Below, in pieces: positions 19,148 to 28,303 of a stretch of DNA of 64,000 nucleotides. The position numbers and the translations under genes are program-made. Source of the stretch: Candidatus Latescibacterota bacterium (GTDB lineage Bacteria; Latescibacterota; UBA2968; UBA8231). Position 1 is the first letter of the stretch. The number at the start of each line of letters is the position of its first letter. The DNA is taken from positions 4,928,001-4,992,000 of the forward strand of contig CBDETK010000013.1 of NCBI GenBank assembly GCA_965242865.1, written 5' to 3'. The notes under the pieces are model-generated. The model made no database searches. It was given only the letters and a program-made list of their open reading frames with translations, and was not told the origin of the DNA.

Positions 19148-21806
19148 GTACTAAGCGATAGTCCGAGGTATTTCTACTCGATTTTGAATCGACCTTAATG
19201 TCGATCCTCAGCACATATATGCCAGGGGCCACCAAAGCCCCGGATCTATCGACTCCGGTCCAGACCACGGAATGCCGTCCCGTGGTTATGTACTCGTCGC
19301 GCAGTTGGTGAACAAGACGCCCACCTAGATCGTATATTTTTACCTGTAACGGCGTTGATGCCTTCACCCGCATGAGTGAAAAACTCACAGTCATATCATC
19401 GTTGATGCCATCGCCGTTGGGGGTGAAGATCTCATTTTGGACTTCGATATCTCCCAGTACCACTCCTCTTTCAAGGGCTAAGATCACGGTTTTTTCGCTG
19501 TCCGTGGTCTCGTTCGCATCGCCTGGGTCCACTCTTTGCCACGAATTGGGTATGGAAGAATGGCCGATAGACCCATTGAAGAACGTGGTAAAATCGAATG
19601 TGGTCGCCTCAAACTGAATTTCGATCAACGCGGCCCCGCCGGTCGTCTTTATGGGAGTGGGCAGGCGCACCCAAAGCGAATCGGAACCACCGGCTACGAC
19701 CTCAAAGCCCTCGCTCTGGGCGGTATAGGTTTGAGGCGGCTGCCCTGTGAGGTCCACGTGGGCTTGCTTGAATTTCATTTTGACGCCGGAGGGAGCTTCA
19801 ATGAGAATTTCGTCAAATCCTTCGTTGGCCGCCTCAAAGGTCGTGCGGATGAAATAGGAAAACGATTGCTCAGTGCCAATCACCTCGAGTTGAGCGGGCA
19901 GCACCTCGCCAATAACTGTTTTGGCGATGGGCGTTACAAAATTGAGTTTCACCCAACGCAGTGTAGCCGCTACGAGAGGATTTTCCGTGATAAAGGTCGC
20001 TTGGATGGCGACGAACTTCCGCGGACTAGGCGAGGTGATTTTGTCTCCCGAATTGAAATAGCGTTGACTCCAACTGCTCCAATCGCTGCCCGGGTTGGTC
20101 TGGGTAACGACGGGTCCAACAGAGGCATCCCCAAAGAATTTTTTGTCCGTAGCGTACGCTTCCGCTGCTTCTTCTTCGGAGCCCGGAAACAACTCACCGT
20201 TCTTTTTATAGTAGAGCGTAGTGGTTTTGACCGTATTGCCGGTGCGGGTCTGGAGAATAATATCCGTACCCGGTGGTATATCCGCATCCCACTCAATAGA
20301 CGCCAAATTTTGGGGAGTGGCCCCCAATTCTATGAACGCCGAAGGCCCGTCAAAGACCGATTCGATCCGGGCCTCGGGCATGTACCCCTCACCGAAAAAC
20401 TGAATCTCTGACAAGCCGTGGCGTCCGGCCCTTACATGGAGCTTATAGGTAAAAGAAAAATGCTTGACCTTGGTGAGTGGGAACTTAAAATCGTGGTACG
20501 ATTCACCAGAGTTGATCTGGTCGAGCGACCCTACTGTTTTCCAAGCCAGACTCCCGCCGGCATTGGTGGAGCCATCTGAGACTTCAATGCGGTAGGCGCG
20601 GAAAGGCCCAGGGGGGTTACTACTGGCTTGGAGCACGCGGATATTGTCCAAGAAGAAGGCCCCTCCCAGATCCGCCACTAACGCACGCTCGACATCGGGC
20701 GGCTGCGAAGGCAGCAGCCTATCGGGATTGTACCCCCCTTGAGCGGGCCAGTACAATGCCTTCTCTACACTATATATTACTCCGTCTACCACCACCCCCT
20801 CAGCCCCGTTGTTTTCCCAACTCGTCACTTTGCCACCCCGCTCCAGTACGCCAATGCCGATATTGTCGCCGATCGACCAGACTTCCACTTCCGCCAATCG
20901 AGGCAACTCGCGGCGGTAGTAGACGACAGGACCTTGACTGTCCGTGCTAGCCAAGGTCTCCCAATCTTCGCGTCCTTCCAACAATCGCGTCCTTCCCGAG
21001 GCTTCCCGACGGAAGTATTCTATGTCGCCCTGTTGCTCGGGGTCAAGGGCCTCGTAATCGGACTGGGAAACTTGTCTTGCCTTGCCAAAATCGCTGTCTG
21101 TGACGCCGACAGAGACGAATCTGATTACATCGCCGGTAAAATCGCCGCGCACCTGTGTCCATTTGGTGGGCAACTGGTTGGTCAAATCGACTTCAAAGAC
21201 CCGTTCATTCTTGATGGGCTTGTTCGTTGAGAAGCGTTTCCTGTACACCAGCGGTCCGATGATCGTCTCTCCTTGAGAGGTGAGGACCTTGAATTGGAGA
21301 AAGGGGTCTCCCAAATCCTCCCCGACAAACTTGAGAACGATCTTATGGGCCGATACGGCTCGCCCTAAATCGATTTGTACCCACCAATCCCTAAGAGGGG
21401 TGGAAGTGTCCGGCTCCCAGTAGGTGTCCATCCTGTTGTCCATGAGGTTTTCTGCGCTCAAGCGGTTGGAGCCGGCATCCCATATCCCACCGCCGAACTC
21501 CGAGGCATTCAAAACCGCGTTAATGCCGGGGACTATCTTTTCGACACCATCTATTTCGAGCCTCGTGTTCTTGCGTATAAAGGCCGGTTTCACACCATCC
21601 TCGGTGATCTGGATGGTCCTTGCCACCGACTGCCAACGAGCCCAGTGATCCTCGGACTCGATGATAGCTACGCCATCTTGGATAGAAAAACCCTCTTGCC
21701 CCCAAGCGACTTCACCTAAGATCATCCTACCCAAAATACAGGCCAAGCTAGTGCTCACCAGCTTGAATGTTCTCTGCCAGGCCATGGCATTGGGGCTCCC
21801 ACGCAT
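19134..21806 (-). CDS. Secreted discoidin-like protein with C-terminal FlgD-Ig / sorting-like domain (paralog B)
   Basis: WVQIDLGR; TRTG...WSSWS...SPSPRKF; FTPNGDGIND, YDLGGRLV, WTGVD, PGIY; ends VHVSY. Confidence 0.75.
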   Translation of the reverse strand: MRGSPNAMAWQRTFKLVSTSLACILGRMILGEVAWGQEGFSIQDGVAIIESEDHWARWQSVARTIQITEDGVKPAFIRKNTRLEIDGVEKIVPGINAVLNASEFGGGIWDAGSNRLSAENLMDNRMDTYWEPDTSTPLRDWWVQIDLGRAVSAHKIVLKFVGEDLGDPFLQFKVLTSQGETIIGPLVYRKRFSTNKPIKNERVFEVDLTNQLPTKWTQVRGDFTGDVIRFVSVGVTDSDFGKARQVSQSDYEALDPEQQGDIEYFRREASGRTRLLEGREDWETLASTDSQGPVVYYRRELPRLAEVEVWSIGDNIGIGVLERGGKVTSWENNGAEGVVVDGVIYSVEKALYWPAQGGYNPDRLLPSQPPDVERALVADLGGAFFLDNIRVLQASSNPPGPFRAYRIEVSDGSTNAGGSLAWKTVGSLDQINSGESYHDFKFPLTKVKHFSFTYKLHVRAGRHGLSEIQFFGEGYMPEARIESVFDGPSAFIELGATPQNLASIEWDADIPPGTDIILQTRTGNTVKTTTLYYKKNGELFPGSEEEAAEAYATDKKFFGDASVGPVVTQTNPGSDWSSWSQRYFNSGDKITSPSPRKFVAIQATFITENPLVAATLRWVKLNFVTPIAKTVIGEVLPAQLEVIGTEQSFSYFIRTTFEAANEGFDEILIEAPSGVKMKFKQAHVDLTGQPPQTYTAQSEGFEVVAGGSDSLWVRLPTPIKTTGGAALIEIQFEATTFDFTTFFNGSIGHSSIPNSWQRVDPGDANETTDSEKTVILALERGVVLGDIEVQNEIFTPNGDGINDDMTVSFSLMRVKASTPLQVKIYDLGGRLVHQLRDEYITTGRHSVVWTGVDRSGALVAPGIYVLRIDIKVDSKSSRNTSDYRLVHVSY

Positions 21807-21831
21807 TTACTCATCTGGGGGCGATTAAAAA

Positions 21832-23802
21832 TCAATAGACCACGGCGATAACGCCGCTCTTGATGCCCTCTTCCGCTTGGATGTCTACCGCTATTCGATA
21901 TAAATAGAGTCCTGGGGGGACCAGCCGGTTGGAGCGGTCTGTTCCATCCCAAGGGTGGGAATACTCTCCGATGGAGATGCCCCCGGCGTATATTTGCTTG
22001 ACTAGCCGGCCGGACAAGTCGAAGATTTCCACGGAGACGGGAACCTGAGATGTCACCCGCAAGAGCTTGTAGGAGATATGCACCACGTCATTGGTGGCAT
22101 CGCCGTTGGGCGTAAAGGGATTGGGCTCAATTTGCGGTGTAGATACCAGTGAACTAATCAGCGCTGTTTTCACCGAAATTCCGTCGCTCTCAATCTCGTC
22201 GTCGGCGTTGCCCGGGTTGATGCGTTGGCGCACCTCGTTTGGCTCGGCTCTGTTGAACACCTTACCAGTAAACAGCGTACCCACTTCCCGCAGTACCGGA
22301 GCATTGAACACCACCTCGATCAGGGCCCCGCTGTCGGTTGGTTCTAGTTTGCGCGGAAAGTCGATCTCAAAGCCCAAGCCATCCGCCGTTTTCGCCCAGA
22401 AAAAATTGTCGTAATTGATCCCGTCTATGCGCAGCGAATCGACCGAAACCACCCCCGAGGGCGTGGAGATTTCTACGCCGTCAAAACCCCTGTCGCTAGC
22501 CCGGATGGTCGGGCGAATAAAATAGGTGAATTGCGTCACCTGCCCCACTTGGGTGTCCACCGGGAAAATTTCCCCCACCAAGCTATGTACGGCCGGTGGC
22601 ACGGAGGCCTTGAACTCGACATAATCAATTTTGCCTCCATCCTCGACAGTAGAAAAAAAGTCCACTTTGAGCTGGAAGAATTGGCGAGGACTAGGGGAGA
22701 CGATGCTGGTCCCCGAGTTTTTGAACAGATAGGGACTGGACCAGAAACTCCAGTTTTCTGTATCGGGGCTCACTCTATCTCGGGGTTCTACCGGTTTGAG
22801 AACGTCGAGCAGCTTGCGGTATCGGCTCTTGTATTCGCTCAGGGTCAAGTCGCCCCCGCCATCGAGGAATTGAACGCTGTCTTGCTGCTCGGGCCGCAAC
22901 TGCCAGAAAATATCGGGATGTGGGTCTGCGCCCGTCCGGGTGCGGATATTGATCTGGGCGTCCATATCCTGTCGGCCCGACCAGCGGATCTCGCCCCAAC
23001 TGGCCAGATCGCCCAATTCGATTATTTCGGATTCATACGAGGCTCGCCCCAAGAAACCACCTCCGTAGAGTTCAAAATCGGCAAGCCCTATCTCCTTGGG
23101 GGTTTCGCGAAAAATCAGCAATTGGATCGTTTGGGTTGATATGGGAGGATCTAAAATCACGCTAACTTCGGGTTCGGTGTTTTCCTTTACTTCTGCTATG
23201 GTGGGGAAATTGGGAATGTTTTGAGCGATGTTGACTAGTCTATCATCGAAGGCACCAATGGATATCCGCTCCAGAAAGTGTTCTGGCTTTTCCACCAGAG
23301 GGCGAAATCTCACCTCTCGGATGAGAAATCGACCGCCTAAATCAAAAGTCACTTGTTCATTGATCAGCCGCCGGCCCTGCGGGCCAGCAGTGCCCACGTG
23401 GAAGCTCTCTGGAGCTATAGCTGGCCACGTAAGGGCCGTAGTCGGATCTGCATCGATCATCGCCTGTCCGATCAGCTTATTTTGATTGGCAAAAAGCTTT
23501 ACCCGCACCCAGCCGTCTCGGCTCAAGAGGGTTGCGGCGATGTCCTCGTCCTCAGTAAAAAAATTGGGTTGTAGTGAACCCGCCTGCAAAGAGTCCAACT
23601 CGAGGGCATCCTGCAGTTGAGAGGCTGTCCAGTCAATTTCCCTGAAATCGATGCCGAGGCTTTCAAGGCTGTCCTTTTCCGCTGTTGAAAAGGGTGCGCC
23701 AATCCTATAGATGATCACGCTAGAGGCATTTGGGGGCCAGAGGGCGACGCCGAGCAAAGCGAGTAGGAGCAAGCCTGTGGACTTCGATGGGAGCATGCTC
23801 AT
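21832..23802 (-). CDS. Secreted discoidin-like protein with C-terminal FlgD-Ig / sorting-like domain (paralog A)
   Basis: Signal peptide from MSMLPSK; FDLGGRFLIREVRFRP; TRTG...WSFWSSPY...SPSPRQFFQ; PNPFTPNGDATND, FDLSGRLV, WDGTD, PGLY; ends IAVVY. Confidence 0.75.
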   Translation of the reverse strand: MSMLPSKSTGLLLLALLGVALWPPNASSVIIYRIGAPFSTAEKDSLESLGIDFREIDWTASQLQDALELDSLQAGSLQPNFFTEDEDIAATLLSRDGWVRVKLFANQNKLIGQAMIDADPTTALTWPAIAPESFHVGTAGPQGRRLINEQVTFDLGGRFLIREVRFRPLVEKPEHFLERISIGAFDDRLVNIAQNIPNFPTIAEVKENTEPEVSVILDPPISTQTIQLLIFRETPKEIGLADFELYGGGFLGRASYESEIIELGDLASWGEIRWSGRQDMDAQINIRTRTGADPHPDIFWQLRPEQQDSVQFLDGGGDLTLSEYKSRYRKLLDVLKPVEPRDRVSPDTENWSFWSSPYLFKNSGTSIVSPSPRQFFQLKVDFFSTVEDGGKIDYVEFKASVPPAVHSLVGEIFPVDTQVGQVTQFTYFIRPTIRASDRGFDGVEISTPSGVVSVDSLRIDGINYDNFFWAKTADGLGFEIDFPRKLEPTDSGALIEVVFNAPVLREVGTLFTGKVFNRAEPNEVRQRINPGNADDEIESDGISVKTALISSLVSTPQIEPNPFTPNGDATNDVVHISYKLLRVTSQVPVSVEIFDLSGRLVKQIYAGGISIGEYSHPWDGTDRSNRLVPPGLYLYRIAVDIQAEEGIKSGVIAVVY

Positions 23803-23816
23803 CCTTTGGCGAAAGT

Positions 23817-23851
23817 AAAAATAAAAAGGGGGGCGATAACCTTGCCCCCCC
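23817..23851 (-). terminator. Intrinsic terminator inside the operon
   Basis: Minus strand GGGGGGC-aaggttatc-GCCCCCC followed by TTTTTATTTTT, about 30 bp after the stop of the 309-aa gene. Confidence 0.75.
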
Positions 23852-23880
23852 AATTACCAATCTTGCCCTAATTGTTCTAC

Positions 23881-24810
23881 TTAGCGGGAGAAACTCGCCT
23901 TGATATTTCCCCAGCTATCCGCCTCGACGGAAGTGCCCGTGTCCTCGCCCGGTACCCAGATGCTCTCATCATAGGGGAGCAGGACATAGTCGACCATAGC
24001 GGTAGCTTTGAAGTAGAGTTCTGTATCGCCGCTGTTGGTCCAGTAGCCGTTGTAGTTGCCTTCCGCACCGTCGTCGTCGTCCTGAACGGCAAAGCCAATA
24101 CCCATGATTTCTCCGGCCGCCATAGTATGGACGATCACCTCTTCGTCTTCTATGCCCGTAGAGCTCGTAGGCAAATCGTCGAAGGGAGTAAACCACATTT
24201 CCATGAACAGAGTTCCGGCCCCGCCGTTGATATCCCCCTCAAAACTCCATTTGGCACCAGAATAAGGCTCGACTCCGGCCCACGGAGCTCCGCCCCAGAG
24301 CCACATGTGGTTTTCTTGGTGCAGCGTGTAGCGGTAATTCTGGGACAAAGCCCCTTCCCATCTCTCCGGGTCCAAATCCGCCGATTGTACATTCTGGAAA
24401 ATAGCGTCGCCGCTATGGTCGAAGTCTAGGGTTACCTCGACCGTATCGAAATTATTTTCGATAGTCCCATAAAAGAGGTCGTCGAACCGTTCCTCCATGA
24501 AATACAAGAGGTTGGTCACTGGACTCCAGCCGAAAATGATGCGCTCAGCTAGATTGGAGGGGTCGGGGTCCCCTTGGGTGCCGGTGACAGTCTCGATTAG
24601 ATCTTCATGGGTCACCCAGAAAACCGAGGGTACGTTGTCCCATTCGCTTATGTCTCCGTCCATCTGGACATCTCTTACGCCATCGACTCCAATAGGCACC
24701 TGAACGGCGGCCCAGTTTCTGTCTGACCGCAGGTGAGCCGAACTGGACGCGACCGTGAAGAGGACAAGACCCAATGCCAAGAAGTTATAACTCATTGCTT
24801 TGTTCATCAC
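23881..24810 (-). CDS. Secreted acidic CBM9/DOMON-like protein with C-terminal 'SVExxSWGxIK' tail
   Basis: Signal peptide; MDGDISEW, LYF...DD, DTVEVTLDFDHSG, GIGFAVQDDD resemble CBM9-like sugar-binding folds; ends TSVEADSWGNIKASFSR. Confidence 0.6.
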   Translation of the reverse strand: MMNKAMSYNFLALGLVLFTVASSSAHLRSDRNWAAVQVPIGVDGVRDVQMDGDISEWDNVPSVFWVTHEDLIETVTGTQGDPDPSNLAERIIFGWSPVTNLLYFMEERFDDLFYGTIENNFDTVEVTLDFDHSGDAIFQNVQSADLDPERWEGALSQNYRYTLHQENHMWLWGGAPWAGVEPYSGAKWSFEGDINGGAGTLFMEMWFTPFDDLPTSSTGIEDEEVIVHTMAAGEIMGIGFAVQDDDDGAEGNYNGYWTNSGDTELYFKATAMVDYVLLPYDESIWVPGEDTGTSVEADSWGNIKASFSR

Positions 24811-24908
24811 CCAAAATCCTTTCTTAGGAAGAAAACTGCTGGTTGAGCGGTGGGCTGCTTAAGAGGTTTTTATCTCCTCCTTTCAAACCTTTGGTGGCAT
24901 GGCGAGCA

Positions 24909-24937
24909 AAGATACAAAATAAATCTCGGAATAACAA
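24909..24937 (-). promoter_or_regulatory. Putative sigma70-type promoter for the 309-aa gene operon
   Basis: TTGTTA-17 bp-TATCTT in an AT-rich intergenic region. Confidence 0.45.
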
Positions 24938-24972
24938 TAAAAAGTAGAGTACCAGAAGATCAAGCTAATTTT

Positions 24973-26679
24973 TCATTTGGACATGGCGCGTCCCGAGTTG
25001 CTCTTTCCATCTATGTGGACAATGCCCTCGCCCTCTTGAAGCACCACGAGCCTATTGGCAGAGAGATTTTCAAATCGTTCCTCTAGGCCACTTGGCCAGC
25101 GCACTACCAACAAGTCGATGGCCTCTCTCTGCCCCAAGCCGAAATGGGCCCTCAAGTCATTGTGCGAAAGATAGCTAGCACCACTCCGAATTTCGGCACT
25201 TTGCGTGAGTCCTCCACAGCGAACCTCGACCCAGGCCCCTATACCGTCTCTATTGCTTTCAGTCCCTATAGTCTTGACCATTAACCAGTTGTTCTTATTG
25301 CCGCCGTCGTTGTGCAACAAAGTGGGGCGATCGTTTAGGTTCAGGACAAATATGTCCAGATCCCCATCATCGTCGTAATCCCCAAAGGAAGCCCCTCTGC
25401 TCACTTTTTTAATCCCCAAGCCCTCCCCCGATAGCTGCGAGACCTCGACGAAGGTGCCGTCGCCCAAGTTTTCAAAGAGTTGATTGGTCTGGGCATAGCT
25501 AGTGCCTAGATTGGCCCTGTCCAATTGTGGAAAGAGGTGGCCATTGGCGACGAAGAGATCTTTATCGCCATCGTTGTCATAGTCGAAAAACTCGGTGCCC
25601 CAAGCCAAAAACTGGAAACTCTCCTTGCCCACGCCTGCGTCAAAGCTGAGGTCGGAAAAGAACGCGCCGCGGTCGTTGTGGTAAAGCGTATTGGTTTGCT
25701 CCCAGAAGTTGGTGACGAATATATCTTGGTATAGGTCATTGTCGTAATCCCCATAGGCAATGCCCATACAGCCTTGAGCCTCGCCGCTTTCGCCATAGGC
25801 AGCACCGATCATCCAGCCGATGTCGGCAAAAGTGCCATCGCCTTGGTTTTGATAAAGGAAATTGGGGCCCGTGTCGTTGGCCACATAGATGTCCACATCG
25901 CCATCCCGGTCGTAATCGCCGCCGATCACGCCCATACCGTAGAGCCTATCTTGGTCCACCACTCGCGTCTCCACGGTCACATCCGCAAAAGTTCCGTCGC
26001 CTTGATTGCGATACAGGATATCCCCACCCCCCTTCATGCCGCGGGGCCCAAAGTGAACCCTTAAGCCTTTCCACATATAGGACCTATTAGGAGTGGTCTG
26101 CAGAAAGTGCTTGAAATCGACGTAGTTGGCTACGTACAAATCTAGGTATCCGTCGCTGTCGTAATCGAGGAAGGCACATCCTGTGCTGAACCGCTCGTCT
26201 CCTACTTGGGCGTACTCGGTTACATCGACAAAAGTCCCGTCGCCTTGATTGTCGTACAGTGCGTTCCTGCCGTAGTTGGTTATATAAATGTCCAAGTCGC
26301 CATCGTTGTCGTAATCGCCGACAGCGCATCCCATCCCCCAGCCAGCGTCGCCCAAGTTCGCTTCGTCGGTAGCATCGACGAATTTACCGTGCTCGTTTCT
26401 ATAAAAGGTATTGCGTGGATGCTCTTGGCCTGAAAAGCCAACCACTTTTGACCCGTTCAAGATGTACAAGTCCAAATCACCGTCTTGGTCGTAGTCGAAA
26501 AAAGCCGATCCTCCCATCATGCTATCGACCAAGTACGTCTGCTCCCTATCCCCGGAGACGTTCTGCGCCACAACCCCTACTTCCTCCGCTACATCCACGA
26601 ACTGGACTCGCCCCTCTACTTCCCGTCCTTCGATGGCTAAAAGCCGCGAGGAAATAAGGATTAGAAAAAAGAAATGCAT
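24973..26679 (-). CDS. CRTAC1-family protein (FG-GAP + ASPIC/UnbV)
   Basis: Multiple DYDxDGDxD repeats; NRDGIGA, SYLSHND..AHFGLG, RWPSG. Confidence 0.9.
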   Translation of the reverse strand: MHFFFLILISSRLLAIEGREVEGRVQFVDVAEEVGVVAQNVSGDREQTYLVDSMMGGSAFFDYDQDGDLDLYILNGSKVVGFSGQEHPRNTFYRNEHGKFVDATDEANLGDAGWGMGCAVGDYDNDGDLDIYITNYGRNALYDNQGDGTFVDVTEYAQVGDERFSTGCAFLDYDSDGYLDLYVANYVDFKHFLQTTPNRSYMWKGLRVHFGPRGMKGGGDILYRNQGDGTFADVTVETRVVDQDRLYGMGVIGGDYDRDGDVDIYVANDTGPNFLYQNQGDGTFADIGWMIGAAYGESGEAQGCMGIAYGDYDNDLYQDIFVTNFWEQTNTLYHNDRGAFFSDLSFDAGVGKESFQFLAWGTEFFDYDNDGDKDLFVANGHLFPQLDRANLGTSYAQTNQLFENLGDGTFVEVSQLSGEGLGIKKVSRGASFGDYDDDGDLDIFVLNLNDRPTLLHNDGGNKNNWLMVKTIGTESNRDGIGAWVEVRCGGLTQSAEIRSGASYLSHNDLRAHFGLGQREAIDLLVVRWPSGLEERFENLSANRLVVLQEGEGIVHIDGKSNSGRAMSK

Positions 26680-26694
26680 ATAAACCAGCGGCCC

Positions 26695-28245
26695 CTATGG
26701 ATTGTGCGCCTGCTTTGGTTTGGCGTCCAAGCTCTGGATAATCTCCTGTTGATCTTCCGCTTCCCTATAGCGCCCTGCTTTGATATAGGCATCTTTGAGC
26801 AATTGGCGGTACTCGAGATTATGCGGGTCGAGACCGATGGCCAGCTTGTACTCGTTGATCGCCTTTATATATCTGCCCTGTTGGGTATAATGAGCGGCCA
26901 ATTCGCCGCGGTATTTTGGATTGTCAGGCACTAAGACGACCCGTTGTTCCATATCTGCTATATTGCCTTCGCGCAGTTTTTTGAAGATCTCCATTTCCTT
27001 GGCGCCCTCCGCGCCTCTTCCCTGTTTCAGATAGGCGTTGGCCAAGCCGAAATGTGCTTCGGCATTGTAGTAGTCGAGGTCGATGGCTTTTTTGAATTTG
27101 TCAGTCGCCTCTTCCCCTCTGCCGATCTTGGCGTACACAGCCCCCAAGGCGTAGTGGAAAATCGACCGGTCAGGCTCGAGCCGGATGGCCTGCTGGTATT
27201 CCTCAATAGCTTCTTGGTATTTTTTGTCTCTCGCGTAGATCATGCCGAGCCGGTAACGGGTGTAGGCCATATCGGGATTGACGGCGAGTGCCTTGACGAA
27301 CTGTTCCGCCGCTTGGTCGTACTGTCGTTGGCGTTCATAGGCCATACCCAGATTGTGCTGGAACCAACCGTTTTCAGGGGCCAACTCCACGGCCTTGCGA
27401 TGTTCCTCGACAGCGGCGGCTAGCTTGTCTTGGTCCGCCATGACAGCCCCCAGCAGGGCCAAGGACTGATCGGTGTAGACCAAGCCCAGTTTATCATGCA
27501 CATCGGCCCAGTTCGGCTCGAGTTGCAATGTTCTATGGAATGCTTCTGCGGCCTCTGAAAGCTTACCTATTGCCATGTAGGCGTTCCCCAAGACAAAGTG
27601 GATAGACGGTTCGTTGGCGACTGCCTTGGCCGCTTGCCGCAATTCCTCTATGGCTTGAGAATAGTCCCCTTCTTCTAGATATATCGTCCCGAGCCGGTAG
27701 CGAGAGGGGCCGTAGTCGGGGTTGATTTCGATAGCTGCGTTGAAATGCTCTGCTGCTTGAGTTAGCTCTTGGGTCTGCACGTAGATGACACCTAGGCCGT
27801 GGTGGGCGGGAAAGTACTTGGGGTCAGCCTCAATGGCCTTTTGGTAAGCAGCGAAAGCCTCGTCGTACTCTTGGCGAATAAAAAAAATTTTACCCAACTT
27901 GTAGTGTGCTGGTGCGTAGCCCGGATCAATCTGGAGTACCTTGGCAAATTCCTCTTCTGCCTCGCCCAATCGGCTTTGTAGGGCGTAAATGAAACCGAGA
28001 CCGTCGTGCGGATAGATATTATTGGCGTCTAGTTCTATCGCCTTCCGGTACTCTCTCTCCGCGCTTTCATAGTCGCCCTTTTGGGCATGGCTTATACCGA
28101 GTCTATAATGCTCTTGGCTCCTCGAGGAAGCTCCCACCTCCTGTCCATGCGCGGCTCCAAGGTGGTTCAGGGTACATATCAAGGAAATTACATGGCTGAT
28201 TCGACGAATGGTACTCGATACCTTGCGCGGACTTGGAAAATACAT
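26695..28245 (-). CDS. Tetratricopeptide repeat protein (many TPRs, probably exported)
   Basis: Repeated AHYxLG..Y...A...Y.KAI..DP units; start placed at MYFPSPR. Confidence 0.85.
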   Translation of the reverse strand: MYFPSPRKVSSTIRRISHVISLICTLNHLGAAHGQEVGASSRSQEHYRLGISHAQKGDYESAEREYRKAIELDANNIYPHDGLGFIYALQSRLGEAEEEFAKVLQIDPGYAPAHYKLGKIFFIRQEYDEAFAAYQKAIEADPKYFPAHHGLGVIYVQTQELTQAAEHFNAAIEINPDYGPSRYRLGTIYLEEGDYSQAIEELRQAAKAVANEPSIHFVLGNAYMAIGKLSEAAEAFHRTLQLEPNWADVHDKLGLVYTDQSLALLGAVMADQDKLAAAVEEHRKAVELAPENGWFQHNLGMAYERQRQYDQAAEQFVKALAVNPDMAYTRYRLGMIYARDKKYQEAIEEYQQAIRLEPDRSIFHYALGAVYAKIGRGEEATDKFKKAIDLDYYNAEAHFGLANAYLKQGRGAEGAKEMEIFKKLREGNIADMEQRVVLVPDNPKYRGELAAHYTQQGRYIKAINEYKLAIGLDPHNLEYRQLLKDAYIKAGRYREAEDQQEIIQSLDAKPKQAHNP

Positions 28246-28303
28246 AGAGCAATTGTCCTCTCTTAGAGAGCACCGTGAGTCTTGCCGAACGGGCCGGAGG
28301 AGA

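Noticed and set aside
17384-23802. Flagellar hook-cap (flgD) genes
   Set aside because: Only a C-terminal FlgD-Ig-like domain is present, on large secreted proteins; there are no flagellar genes nearby.
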